From the IMG/VR virus record IMGVR_UViG_3300032397_000018, positions 1 to 51,890 of that record: a stretch of DNA of 51,890 bases; one strand, 5' to 3'. The translations under genes and the position numbers were made by a program. Source of the DNA: a virus. Lineage: Duplodnaviria; Caudoviricetes. Shown piece after piece: positions 27,301 through 36,226 of the stretch (the first letter of the stretch is position 1; every line of letters begins with the position of its first letter). The notes beneath the pieces are model-generated. The model was not told the origin of the DNA. It was given only the letters and a program-made list of their open reading frames with translations, and made no database searches.

Positions 27301-28146
27301 ATGAAACGTCTAATCCCTCTAATCCTAGCCCTCTTCGCCAGCACTGCGTTTGGCGTGGTCATCAAAGAATCGAAGTCGAATACACCGATTGATTTCTACA
27401 CTGCGCCTAGTGGGGTGGTGACGAAGCAGGCATCGCTAACTAGCACAGGCACCTGGACTTTAACCAATCCAACTTTTACGACTAATACGGCAGACGGAGC
27501 AGACAGTGCTGCGGTGTCTCTTGCTGGAGGTGGTTCAGGTAACTCAACGAGAGGTGCAACTTTATATCTAGGTGGCAACGAGAACGCTAACGCTGGAAAG
27601 ACGTTTTTCAGTGCGGGAGACGCTGCTGGTGGGTCCGCTACAGCGTTTAGCTGGTACAGCAGCTCAACAGTTGGCGGTGCTAGCACAGAGAAGATGGCTT
27701 TGACTGGAGATGGTGTTCTGACTGTCAACGGTTATTCTGTAGCTACAGAAAGCAGCGGAACTTTTACTGTTACATGGAAGGATAGTGTAGCAACACCTAT
27801 GGCCATAGATGTAGTTAGATACGCTAAATCTGGAAATGTTGTTACCTTGAGGTTCCAAGCCGGAATTTGGGGATCTGCCCCAGCTGTCGGCGTATTCACC
27901 ATAGCTGCGGGGACAATACCAGCAGCATTACGTCCCAGTGGTACGGGATTTGTACTTCTTATGGTATTTGCTAGAAACGATTCTGGTTCAAACAGCACAA
28001 CTGCCAGCAATTTATATATTTATGGAGCTACGCATGCAAATGCTGGTGGGGGATATCTCGCTTTCGGAGCGAATGACGCCAATTTTGGGACTAATACTTA
28101 CGTCGGTATGTTGGGCGGTGCCTCTGTTTCTTATGTGGTGAATTAA
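27301..28146 (+). CDS. Fibre/adhesin-like protein with N-terminal signal peptide
   Basis: MKRLIPLILALFASTAFG/V; EKMALTGDG fibre motif; C-terminal RYAKSGNVVTL...IPAALRP module; AGGAG RBS. Confidence 0.75.
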   Translation: MKRLIPLILALFASTAFGVVIKESKSNTPIDFYTAPSGVVTKQASLTSTGTWTLTNPTFTTNTADGADSAAVSLAGGGSGNSTRGATLYLGGNENANAGKTFFSAGDAAGGSATAFSWYSSSTVGGASTEKMALTGDGVLTVNGYSVATESSGTFTVTWKDSVATPMAIDVVRYAKSGNVVTLRFQAGIWGSAPAVGVFTIAAGTIPAALRPSGTGFVLLMVFARNDSGSNSTTASNLYIYGATHANAGGGYLAFGANDANFGTNTYVGMLGGASVSYVVN

Positions 28147-28147
28147 C

Positions 28148-28513
28148 ATGAAACACTTACTCCTCCTCATCTTGGCCCTTTCCCTAGGCTCCTGCAAAAC
28201 CTGCCCCCTCAACGAGCCCATCACTGAGGTTATCGTCACTGGCCTTGCTGGCTACGGTGAGTGTGGTGGCTATGACGAGATGAAGTCAGACGTGAGTAAT
28301 CTCGTCGCCAAAGTCGGCATCTGCAAAAAAGATCTCGATGTGCAGCCCTGCCTAAAATTCGTCCCAGACGGTGTTTGCACCGCCAAATGCATCGCGTGCT
28401 CGGTGGTCGGTAAATCCATCGCAGGATACGCCAAATGGCCGTCTGCATGGCTCTGCAAAAAGCCCGTGATCAAACCTGAGATGATCGACACAATTTGCCA
28501 GGAGCTGGATTGA
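28148..28513 (+). CDS. Cys-rich lipoprotein
   Basis: MKHLLLLILALSLGS/C lipobox; 10 Cys in 121 aa. Confidence 0.75.
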   Translation: MKHLLLLILALSLGSCKTCPLNEPITEVIVTGLAGYGECGGYDEMKSDVSNLVAKVGICKKDLDVQPCLKFVPDGVCTAKCIACSVVGKSIAGYAKWPSAWLCKKPVIKPEMIDTICQELD

Positions 28514-28515
28514 CC

Positions 28516-28863
28516 ATGCTGAACGACGAGCAGGAGAAGGCCATCCGGTTCTCTGGACTGGTGAAGGTCAAGATGGGATGGCTTCCCGCCAAAAAATACG
28601 AATTCAACGACAAGTACAACGTGGCACGAGAGCGCCTGCTGTCTGCCAACGTGAAGCAGGGCCAGGTGATCGACTTGAATGGGAAGGGCTCTATCGAAAT
28701 CCTCACCAGGACCGAAACGAGTGCCACGGCACGTCTCAGCTCTGCCCAGTATAATGGGACAGTAGGGATGGACTTGACTCACGAGTTGCTCGACGCCACT
28801 TACGTCAACGCCCGTGTAACCTACGCAGGGGTCGATGTTACGATCCAGGCGGAACGAGTCTAA
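28516..28863 (+). CDS. Hypothetical protein
   Basis: ATG just after the previous stop; TAATG coupling to the next gene. Confidence 0.6.
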   Translation: MLNDEQEKAIRFSGLVKVKMGWLPAKKYEFNDKYNVARERLLSANVKQGQVIDLNGKGSIEILTRTETSATARLSSAQYNGTVGMDLTHELLDATYVNARVTYAGVDVTIQAERV

Positions 28864-29132
28864 TGTCTGACATCACGATCACAGCAGCTATAGCAGTGTG
28901 GGGAGCGTGGGAGGCTGCCAAAGTGTTCGGTATTCCGAAAGCAATAATAGACAAGTTTATTTTTCATAAAAATGACGAGTGGAAAAAAGACGATCACGAC
29001 GTGATTCTCAGACATATTGTATCGTGTGAAAACTGTCAGGAACACCAAGAAAAACAGATTGTTCTGCTTGATCGAATTGTTGAGAATACGTCAGCCATCA
29101 AAATTATTATGGAAGTACAATCGAGAAAATGA
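28863..29132 (+). CDS. Small membrane-anchored helical protein (possible holin or antiholin)
   Basis: N-terminal hydrophobic stretch, helical C-terminus; coupled on both sides. Confidence 0.45.
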   Translation: MSDITITAAIAVWGAWEAAKVFGIPKAIIDKFIFHKNDEWKKDDHDVILRHIVSCENCQEHQEKQIVLLDRIVENTSAIKIIMEVQSRK

Positions 29133-29482
29133 CGAGCAAATCAGCACGCGACATTCATCGAGCCTACCTATTTGAAGATCATGATATGAGCGTGTCTTTG
29201 GCGAGTGGTTCAGCCGACTTCAAAGAGATGTCGATGGGCAGTGTGCAGGCATGGTGGACTGGCAACGATGCCACAGACGGCTCGATCGAAGTCGAGGCCA
29301 GTGACGACAATATCCATTGGGACGTGATCCTTGGTAGTTATCGTGCAGTCGATAATCCCCGCCTGACGTGGCTTTGGGATCTAGGTGTGGTGGGATATCG
29401 CTATGTTCGGATCGTGTATGCGCATGGGAGCATAACGACGGGCATTTTGAACGCATTTGCGATTGGGAAGGCTCATCGATGA
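29129..29482 (+). CDS. Small beta-sandwich virion-type protein
   Basis: VEASDDNIHW and YRYVRIVY motifs. Confidence 0.65.
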   Translation: MTSKSARDIHRAYLFEDHDMSVSLASGSADFKEMSMGSVQAWWTGNDATDGSIEVEASDDNIHWDVILGSYRAVDNPRLTWLWDLGVVGYRYVRIVYAHGSITTGILNAFAIGKAHR

Positions 29483-29826
29483 GTGTCATCGAACTACCTG
29501 TTGTCACGGTTCAAGGGCTCTCTGGAGGCACGGCTGTGTCAGTGGTCGTGTCTGAGCCAAACACGCCACACCAGACGATCCTAGACATGCCTATAGCCCT
29601 ACAGGAGTACACGCACGACCTGCCTATTGGCACGCGATCTTTCATCGTGCATCCGACTGTGGGTGTGGTCACGCTCAGTTATGGCAGCGGTCCCCAGACT
29701 CACAAGGTCACGATCAGTGCAGGAGGCAATACGGAAGTGAGCAATATCAGTCTCACGTCAATTTTGAAGTTGCGCCTGGTCGGGAAAAAAGCTGCTGAAA
29801 AAACAGAAATAGAATGGTGGACTTAA
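29479..29826 (+). CDS. Small beta-sandwich virion-type protein
   Basis: ATGA overlap; beta-rich sequence ending EIEWWT. Confidence 0.6.
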   Translation: MSVIELPVVTVQGLSGGTAVSVVVSEPNTPHQTILDMPIALQEYTHDLPIGTRSFIVHPTVGVVTLSYGSGPQTHKVTISAGGNTEVSNISLTSILKLRLVGKKAAEKTEIEWWT

Positions 29827-29865
29827 CACCTATCGTGTTCACAAAAATCAATCTCCTTCACATCC

Positions 29866-29874
29866 TGATATAAT
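29866..29874 (+). promoter_or_regulatory. Extended -10 promoter element
   Basis: TGATATAAT in the intergenic gap, 44 nt before ATG 29918; no good -35. Confidence 0.45.
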
Positions 29875-29917
29875 CACCACAGGACAAACGCCAATTCTAG
29901 CGTAACGGGAGGTTCCT

Positions 29918-30745
29918 ATGGGAGCTGGCTTAGGCAAGGACAAACTGATTTACGACGCAACCACACCAGGCGAAGGCGACAGCGTTGCCTCGTATCTGCG
30001 TACCAGCGAAGGCGCGTTACACGCTACGGAGGTAGCCGAAGATATCTGGGCTCTTGACGTCAACATTGCAGGTGGATCGATCACGTGTAACCTAGACGGT
30101 ATCTATGTTGACGACACAAATCTGCTGCCTGACAACGTAGGTATCATTGGGCATACCCGTGCTGAGACTCCTGGAGCAGCGCAACAGGTCGAGCGGACCA
30201 CGGTAGGCCTCCCTGGCGATGGCGTGGTCAACAACAACGTCCACGGCCTGGATACGATTGCCTTCTTGATGGGCTACAACGGAACCACTTACGACCGCCT
30301 AAAGGCGACCAGTGGAGCATTGCACGTCCGTGGTGACGTTGCCGATGATGATACTGATGCCGGGAAACCGATCAAGATCGGTAGTCGTGCGATCAGTGGC
30401 CTATTGGGAGTGGTACAGACGGGCGATCGTGCCGACGTGATCTCGGATCTTTATCGGCGCATCAGGACGACCAGTGCTCCAAACATTTCTCTGGCAGCCA
30501 ATACTGTGTCGATCCCTGACACGACAGCGACATTGATTTGCACATCCATTGCTGGCCGTGAACGTGTGTTGGTCCAAAACCTGGGCGGCAAGGCCATGTA
30601 TGTCGGTGGCAGTGCTGTGGCTACTACGACAGGAGTTAGGATTGCTGCGGGAGCAAACATGGAAATTCCGCTAGGTCCAAGTGTGGATCTCTACGGTATT
30701 TCCAGCAGTGGTGCTCTCGATGTGAGGTTCTTGCAAGTCGCGTAA
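29918..30745 (+). CDS. Virion-type protein with C-terminal beta-sandwich
   Basis: GGGAGG RBS; YNGTTYDRL motif; C-terminal RERVLVQNLGGKAMYVGG...TTGVRIAAG. Confidence 0.65.
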   Translation: MGAGLGKDKLIYDATTPGEGDSVASYLRTSEGALHATEVAEDIWALDVNIAGGSITCNLDGIYVDDTNLLPDNVGIIGHTRAETPGAAQQVERTTVGLPGDGVVNNNVHGLDTIAFLMGYNGTTYDRLKATSGALHVRGDVADDDTDAGKPIKIGSRAISGLLGVVQTGDRADVISDLYRRIRTTSAPNISLAANTVSIPDTTATLICTSIAGRERVLVQNLGGKAMYVGGSAVATTTGVRIAAGANMEIPLGPSVDLYGISSSGALDVRFLQVA

Positions 30746-30827
30746 GTTCTGGACGGTGCCATGTTTTGTTTTTGATGCGATGATGGGCGACAGGGATGTT
30801 TCCTGTCTCACAAAGGAGAATAAGACC

Positions 30828-31169
30828 ATGGCACCGTCAATTCGTGAACCATCAAAAGCCAGCCTTGAACTAACCAGACGTGATCTTGATCGCTGTAGCG
30901 AGTTGGTCAAATACCTCAAACGCGCACAGATAACCGTTGATGGCATGGAGCTATTGGCGGGAAGTCAGGTGCTGACCTGGGCATTTACGTTACATCGTGA
31001 TTTGGTCAGAGCTGTGGAGGATGCAGAAAAAGCCGATCAGGAAATGATTGACCTTGGTCTGGCTGCTCTTTTGCCGAAACCGTCTATTGAGCCCGTAGAG
31101 GCCTCGAAACCGGATGAGGGTAGTGTTACTATCCCCAAAGGCAAGAAACCGCTACAGAAGGCGAAATAG
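30828..31169 (+). CDS. Hypothetical helical protein
   Basis: AGGAG RBS before ATG 30828. Confidence 0.6.
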   Translation: MAPSIREPSKASLELTRRDLDRCSELVKYLKRAQITVDGMELLAGSQVLTWAFTLHRDLVRAVEDAEKADQEMIDLGLAALLPKPSIEPVEASKPDEGSVTIPKGKKPLQKAK

Positions 31170-31177
31170 AGGCTCCA

Positions 31178-31495
31178 ATGGGAATCAATGAATCTCCAGA
31201 CAGAGCGGATGTAAACGACACAGGATTTACCAGCCTTGTGGTCGCCGTGAGTACGACTCAGGTGGAACTAAAAACCAGCACGACACGCGATCCTAAGCGC
31301 CAGATCGTCACCGTGACCAACGACAGCGACACGACCGAGGTTTATTTTGGCCCTACTGGCGTGACAGCCACAGGATCGACGAAAGGAAGCGTTCTGTGGC
31401 CGCGTCAAGACGCGTCCATACCGCTCGGTGATGTCGCTATTTTCGCTATTGCTCCCAGCGGAACTGTCAATGTCATTGTGCAGGAGTATCGCTGA
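31178..31495 (+). CDS. Small beta-sandwich virion-type protein
   Basis: RQIVTVTNDSDTTEVYFG...KGSVL resembles the C-terminus of 29918-30745. Confidence 0.65.
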   Translation: MGINESPDRADVNDTGFTSLVVAVSTTQVELKTSTTRDPKRQIVTVTNDSDTTEVYFGPTGVTATGSTKGSVLWPRQDASIPLGDVAIFAIAPSGTVNVIVQEYR

Positions 31496-32292
31496 TGTTT
31501 TTTAAAAGTCCGATTGCGCGTGCGATTCCATTCTGGAACACGCTGGGCAAGGCGCAGCCGATCAATAAAAAAAACGTGCAGCAAGCCATTGAAGAAACGC
31601 TTATCCCAACACCCGCAGTGACACCAACGACATTGAACGGAACAACCACGCTCACGGCTGCATCTAGTTTGTGCCAGCAGTTTACGGGTACTGCTTCTGG
31701 TCACTCTGTTGTGCTGCCAAATGCAACCACGCTCAGCGAAGGTTGGATTTATGAGGTGTGGAATTTTACAACCAAAGTGTTGCTGATCAAGGATGCTGGC
31801 GCAAATGTATTGACCAATCTAAGAGCTAACTCTCATACGGTTGTCTTGTTACGGGTCAATGCCACATCCAATGGAACATGGGCATTGACGTACACGCTCG
31901 ACAATGGCAACGCTTTTGGTACAGAGTTACAAATTACGCAGGACAACACAGAGACTCAAGACAACTCACAAACCACCTGGAACAACAAGCTCTCGTTGAC
32001 GACTCCAACAAGTTTGTCTCTTGGTGATTACTTGATGAATTTTCAATTTATGTGGCGATCAGCTAACGCCAATCGAAGCATCGATGTGCGTACTCAGATT
32101 GGTGGGATAAACATTGAAAATTTCCAGCCATTTTTATCAAATGTTGCCGAGAAACCTTTGATCTCTGGTTTTTCAAAACTCAGTAATATTTCTGGAGTTA
32201 ATACACTAACTTTTGATTTCCGCGTGGGACCAGCAGCTGGAACCACCGTGTATGTGTCCAATGCCCGTATGTTTGTCTGGCGTATCGCATAA
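31495..32292 (+). CDS. Short fibre/spike-like protein
   Basis: NVQQAIEE trimer-type motif; VVLPNATTL..G..YEVWN motif; C-terminal beta domain. Confidence 0.6.
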   Translation: MFFKSPIARAIPFWNTLGKAQPINKKNVQQAIEETLIPTPAVTPTTLNGTTTLTAASSLCQQFTGTASGHSVVLPNATTLSEGWIYEVWNFTTKVLLIKDAGANVLTNLRANSHTVVLLRVNATSNGTWALTYTLDNGNAFGTELQITQDNTETQDNSQTTWNNKLSLTTPTSLSLGDYLMNFQFMWRSANANRSIDVRTQIGGINIENFQPFLSNVAEKPLISGFSKLSNISGVNTLTFDFRVGPAAGTTVYVSNARMFVWRIA

Positions 32293-32302
32293 AGGATTTA
32301 CG

Positions 32303-33232
32303 ATGAAACCGAGAAATTGTCTGATCTATTACGGCTGGCTCAATGCGTTCAACTCCGCTCAAAACGGGTGGGACAATGAAAAGGTAGCTCAGGAGCTGGC
32401 GCGGTACGGGATGTTGGTGCTGGGAGATGGCATCCAAAACCCAGAGCACGGGGACTTCGCCAATAGCGTCATCATCATAACTCGTCTGTACGAACTGAAT
32501 CCTTGTATTTCCATCTTCGGGTATGTGTCCGTGAACCAGTCTGCCCAAAACTTTGCGACCAAATCCGATCAATGGAACGACCTTGAGATTGACGGCATTT
32601 TCATGGACGAGGCAGGCTATGATTACGGCACAACGTCTACCAATGGTCGGGTGGCGTTCAACGAGAAGGTAGACTTTGTCCACAGTCAGACTGATGCGTG
32701 CATTTGCTTTGTCAACTCGTGGAAACCGCGCTACGTGTTGGGGACAGAAGACGACGCCAATAATTTCCCCAATTCGACGTGGAATCCAAACTTGGTTCAA
32801 TCAAACCTCTGCGAATGTGACATTTGCCTCATGGAAAGTTTCGCAGTTACCTCTGCTGGCTCGTATGAATCTGCGACACTCTGGGCTGCCAGAGGCCTTG
32901 CATGGCACAGTTACCAGGATGAGTTTGATATTGGATTGGTGGGTGCATCTGTGATTTCAGACGGTGATGTAGACGGTCAGAAAAAATTTGATTTCGTTTA
33001 CACGTCAGCATGCATGTGGGGATTGAATGCCGTGAGCACGTCAGATCTCTACTATGGCGCGAGTTCCGCAGCTTCCAAAATGTGGACACGGCCAGACGTT
33101 GAAGGCCTTTTTGGTGAGCCTGATTGCGTGATCTCTATCGAAAACAATGGCACCAAATATTTGCGCTACGTGGAATTCGGTCTTTTGACTCTCGATTTCG
33201 GAAACGAAACTTCATTGCGAGTGAAATACTGA
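32303..33232 (+). CDS. TIM-barrel glycoside hydrolase (GH114/GH135-like)
   Basis: LIYYGW, IFGYV, IDGIFMDEAGYDYG, FVN and MESF motifs. Confidence 0.7.
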   Translation: MKPRNCLIYYGWLNAFNSAQNGWDNEKVAQELARYGMLVLGDGIQNPEHGDFANSVIIITRLYELNPCISIFGYVSVNQSAQNFATKSDQWNDLEIDGIFMDEAGYDYGTTSTNGRVAFNEKVDFVHSQTDACICFVNSWKPRYVLGTEDDANNFPNSTWNPNLVQSNLCECDICLMESFAVTSAGSYESATLWAARGLAWHSYQDEFDIGLVGASVISDGDVDGQKKFDFVYTSACMWGLNAVSTSDLYYGASSAASKMWTRPDVEGLFGEPDCVISIENNGTKYLRYVEFGLLTLDFGNETSLRVKY

Positions 33233-33240
33233 GGTAACTT

Positions 33241-33837
33241 ATGGATATTACAGGACTACTACAAACAAAGATCAAGTTGGTTGTGGATGCCTTAACCACG
33301 ATGCACAGCGAAGTCGTTGACATCGGAAAAGCGTATTGGGCCACAGATGCCAATGTTCTGGTCGTGGCGTTGACCAACGACACTGATGCTGCCACGTTGA
33401 CGACAAAATTAACCAAGGCTGAGTACGTTGCTGGAGTAACTCTATGCTCTGAGATGGCTGATTTTTTTGATAACGCAGCAGTCTCGACAGCAGATTACAT
33501 CGTCAGTTGTAACAAGTTGAGATATGGGTCGCATGCCACGGGAGCAAAGCTTTCGGAAGCGACGGAGCAACTTGGCACAAGGATGAATCTCGTAGCGTTG
33601 AATTGCGTGGAACTGTTCAAGATAGTCAAAGACATTTTGAGTATCTACTTAGCAAACGAAGTAGGAGATATGATTGCCAATATCGATGCCCAGCGACACG
33701 TCCCAGGCTCGCAGATGACGAGAGATGAATTGAACTCTGGGATCGCGCTGGTCGAACAGTTCAAAAAAATGATGAATAATGAAGCTGTTACGCCAGGAGA
33801 TTACGCAACGACACTTTCGCAGTGGCAAGTTCTTTAG
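33241..33837 (+). CDS. Hypothetical helical protein with internal duplication
   Basis: GAGG RBS; two related halves. Confidence 0.7.
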   Translation: MDITGLLQTKIKLVVDALTTMHSEVVDIGKAYWATDANVLVVALTNDTDAATLTTKLTKAEYVAGVTLCSEMADFFDNAAVSTADYIVSCNKLRYGSHATGAKLSEATEQLGTRMNLVALNCVELFKIVKDILSIYLANEVGDMIANIDAQRHVPGSQMTRDELNSGIALVEQFKKMMNNEAVTPGDYATTLSQWQVL

Positions 33838-33844
33838 TGCGTTT

Positions 33845-33871
33845 GGCCGGGATCTTCCCGGCCTTTTTTTT
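33845..33871 (+). terminator. Rho-independent terminator
   Basis: GGCCGGGA-TCT-TCCCGGCC followed by T8. Confidence 0.9.
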
Positions 33872-33896
33872 ATTGATCGCCATGGAAGGACGACCG

Positions 33897-34049
33897 ATGA
33901 AAAGCAGCACATGGATCGTAATTTTGACTGTCGTGGTTCTTTTTGGGTGTGGAAGTAAGGATGTTTCCATCCAAAAAATCGAACAAATTCTGACGTATAT
34001 CAGAAATTCAGGAAATCAAATTATCCTTGAAGTGGAGACGGTGCCGTGA
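33897..34049 (+). CDS. Small lipoprotein
   Basis: MKSSTWIVILTVVVLFG/C lipobox; GTGA overlap with the endolysin. Confidence 0.6.
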   Translation: MKSSTWIVILTVVVLFGCGSKDVSIQKIEQILTYIRNSGNQIILEVETVP

Positions 34050-34552
34050 CCCGCACATATGCTGCTTTCAAAGCTGCTTTGGGACAGCGAGAGAGCAGCA
34101 ACAATTATCAGGCCAAAAACCGCTATGGGTACCTCGGGAGATATCAGTTTGGCAAGGTACGATTGTGTGATCTCGGATTGTGTATGCAAATGACTCGGAT
34201 GAGGATCGAATGGCTACACGGCTTGACTGAGCAGGCTTTTTTGGATTGTCCGATGTTGCAGGACTTGGTGTTCGATCTCCACGTTGCCAAATTGCGTGCT
34301 CATGTGCATTGGAAGTTTACGCTAGAAGAAAAAAGTCTAACGATGAGTGGAGCGATTGCCGTGATGCATTTGGTTGGTCCTGGCGGTCTAGTGGGACTGC
34401 TTAAGGGCATCAATTTTACAGACGGCAATGGAGTGCAAGCGTCTGAATATTTACGGTTATTTAGAGGATACCAAATACCAGACACTCATCCAGGTCAGAT
34501 CTCTCTAAATGCTGCCATTGCCATGGCTTTAAAAAAGGAGATTCACTCATGA
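34046..34552 (+). CDS. Endolysin, lysozyme-like fold
   Basis: LGQRESSNNY..KN..GYLGRYQF catalytic region; HLVGPGG. Confidence 0.8.
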   Translation: MTRTYAAFKAALGQRESSNNYQAKNRYGYLGRYQFGKVRLCDLGLCMQMTRMRIEWLHGLTEQAFLDCPMLQDLVFDLHVAKLRAHVHWKFTLEEKSLTMSGAIAVMHLVGPGGLVGLLKGINFTDGNGVQASEYLRLFRGYQIPDTHPGQISLNAAIAMALKKEIHS

Positions 34553-34887
34553 ACAAATTTATTTTTTTTGCATTGCTGTTCTGTTCGTGTTCAGGAGGAT
34601 CTGAGATTAGCGTTGTCGATATCTTGTCAATCGTGTCTAGCTTGCCGTTCAACGCTTATTGGAAGGAAATCGCTGTTGCTGCGTTGACCTTACTCGTAGT
34701 CTGCCGTTGGTTGGCAGAGCTGCTATTTATCTTGTCACGTGTCCTGCATAATGACGAGATGGGTTTTGTGGCGTTTGGCCTCTATAAGAGCATCAGAGCG
34801 GTCGCGCAAGTGCTAGGGTACGTAGGCATGGGTATTCCAAAAGAACTGCTCAGTGAACGCATTGAAGCAGCCATGAAAACTAAATAA
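34549..34887 (+). CDS. Membrane protein (holin- or lipoprotein-like) of the lysis cassette
   Basis: Hydrophobic N-terminus with LFCSC and further hydrophobic helices; ATGA overlap with the endolysin. Confidence 0.55.
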   Translation: MNKFIFFALLFCSCSGGSEISVVDILSIVSSLPFNAYWKEIAVAALTLLVVCRWLAELLFILSRVLHNDEMGFVAFGLYKSIRAVAQVLGYVGMGIPKELLSERIEAAMKTK

Positions 34888-35403
34888 ATGTCTAATTGCA
34901 TTGAAGAAATCAGGATTCTTGGGAGTAAAGTCGAAGCACTCAGACATGAGTCCGTCGTGTCTTTTGACGAGATTAGATTTTTGATTGTTGATAGGCTGGA
35001 TCGGATCGAGGATATTCTGCGCCTACCAAGAATAACCAAGATCAGGTTTGCAACAACAATGTGTGGAATGAAATTGGAGATCACTGAGATGCAGCTGAAA
35101 GTCACGAATAAACTTCCTCTATCCTTGAAACTGATCGATAAATTTGGAAACGACGCTCGTGTGGATGGCCTCCCTCTGTGGGCACTGACTAATCCGGCCA
35201 TGGGAGTTCTCGCTGTGGCTACAGACGGCATGAGTGCCGTCTTGACACCAGCTGGTGTTCTGGGTTCATTTGCAGTTCAGGTGTCGGCAGATGCCGACAT
35301 GGGCGAAGGCGTGAAGGTCATTGTTGGAAATCTTCGAATCGATCTTTTGCCCGGTGATGCGACCGAAATCCAGATTGTTTCTGGCGAACCAATTCTGGAA
35401 TAA
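34888..35403 (+). CDS. Ig-like domain protein
   Basis: DKFGN...W...DGMSAV...VQVSADAD pattern. Confidence 0.55.
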   Translation: MSNCIEEIRILGSKVEALRHESVVSFDEIRFLIVDRLDRIEDILRLPRITKIRFATTMCGMKLEITEMQLKVTNKLPLSLKLIDKFGNDARVDGLPLWALTNPAMGVLAVATDGMSAVLTPAGVLGSFAVQVSADADMGEGVKVIVGNLRIDLLPGDATEIQIVSGEPILE

Positions 35404-35409
35404 TTTATC

Positions 35410-35601
35410 TCATCGACGCCGAAACATTTCGGCGTTCAACGCCATGTCTGCGTAGCCTGCATCTCCTGGTCTCATCTTTTTCTTGAACGTGAATAGATCG
35501 ACCAATATCTGTGTGCAACGCCAAATAAAATATAGAATCATGAGACCACATATTTTTGGGATGTTGGGGAATCTTATTTGTTGTTTTCTCGGCATGATCA
35601 C
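35410..35601 (-). CDS. Small hypothetical membrane protein
   Basis: AGGAG RBS on the minus strand; hydrophobic core; follows the resolvase. Confidence 0.55.
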   Translation of the reverse strand: MIMPRKQQIRFPNIPKICGLMILYFIWRCTQILVDLFTFKKKMRPGDAGYADMALNAEMFRRR

Positions 35602-35612
35602 AGCTCCTTACC

Positions 35613-36119
35613 TCACCTATTTAAGGCCCATCTGGCGATGAATAATGCGTCGATTAATCCATCTGATGTTTTGCCGTTACGGTTGGAAAACAGTGGTTTG
35701 GTAGGATAAAAATTACTGTATGCCCAAGCAGTTGCGTCCTTGGCAGCCATTTTTTTTGGGCACCCAGTATGCGCCAGTTTTTGCCATGTTCGTGGCTCGA
35801 CAAAGTGCAGCACGAAATTATAGGTTGGCTGAATCATCCTAATCATGGTCACTATTTGCCCGTAATTAAAACCAAAATTGAAGTTTTGCGTGGCTCCCCA
35901 TCCCTTAAACGCTGCTCCTGGAATAGCACCACGACCACGTACTCGTTCGATCACGATGATTGATGGAGACCAGTGATGCACATACAATGCGAAATCATTT
36001 GTTTCGAGCATACCAGCCTTATCAAATTCTAGCACCCATGCTGCCTGTAGGATTCCTCGCTCATTAATCACAACAGCAGCGCCTTTTTTCCCAGGATCAA
36101 TTCCCAAAATAGTTCCCAT
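35613..36119 (-). CDS. RuvC-like Holliday junction resolvase
   Basis: ILGIDPG, VIERV, FNFGFNYG, PRTWQK and DALFIA motifs; AGGAGG RBS. Confidence 0.88.
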   Translation of the reverse strand: MGTILGIDPGKKGAAVVINERGILQAAWVLEFDKAGMLETNDFALYVHHWSPSIIVIERVRGRGAIPGAAFKGWGATQNFNFGFNYGQIVTMIRMIQPTYNFVLHFVEPRTWQKLAHTGCPKKMAAKDATAWAYSNFYPTKPLFSNRNGKTSDGLIDALFIARWALNR

Positions 36120-36226
36120 GTGGCCTCCTTATGCGTGATCTTTTCGTAACACGATAATAGTTGGCTGGCAAGCTAATTTGTGGCAAGTTGGTCGGGAGCT
36201 GAAAAAATTCGGAAATTGGAGGAAAG

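Noticed and set aside
26046-28146. Diversity-generating retroelement or invertible fibre switch
   Set aside because: No reverse transcriptase, template/variable repeat pair, invertase or flanking inverted repeats seen
35416-35435. Palindrome ACGCCGAAACATTTCGGCGT as a special element
   Set aside because: Most simply a hairpin at the junction of convergent transcription units
36160-36190. Sigma54 promoter at TGGCAAG repeats
   Set aside because: The -24 GG / -12 GC spacing is not satisfied
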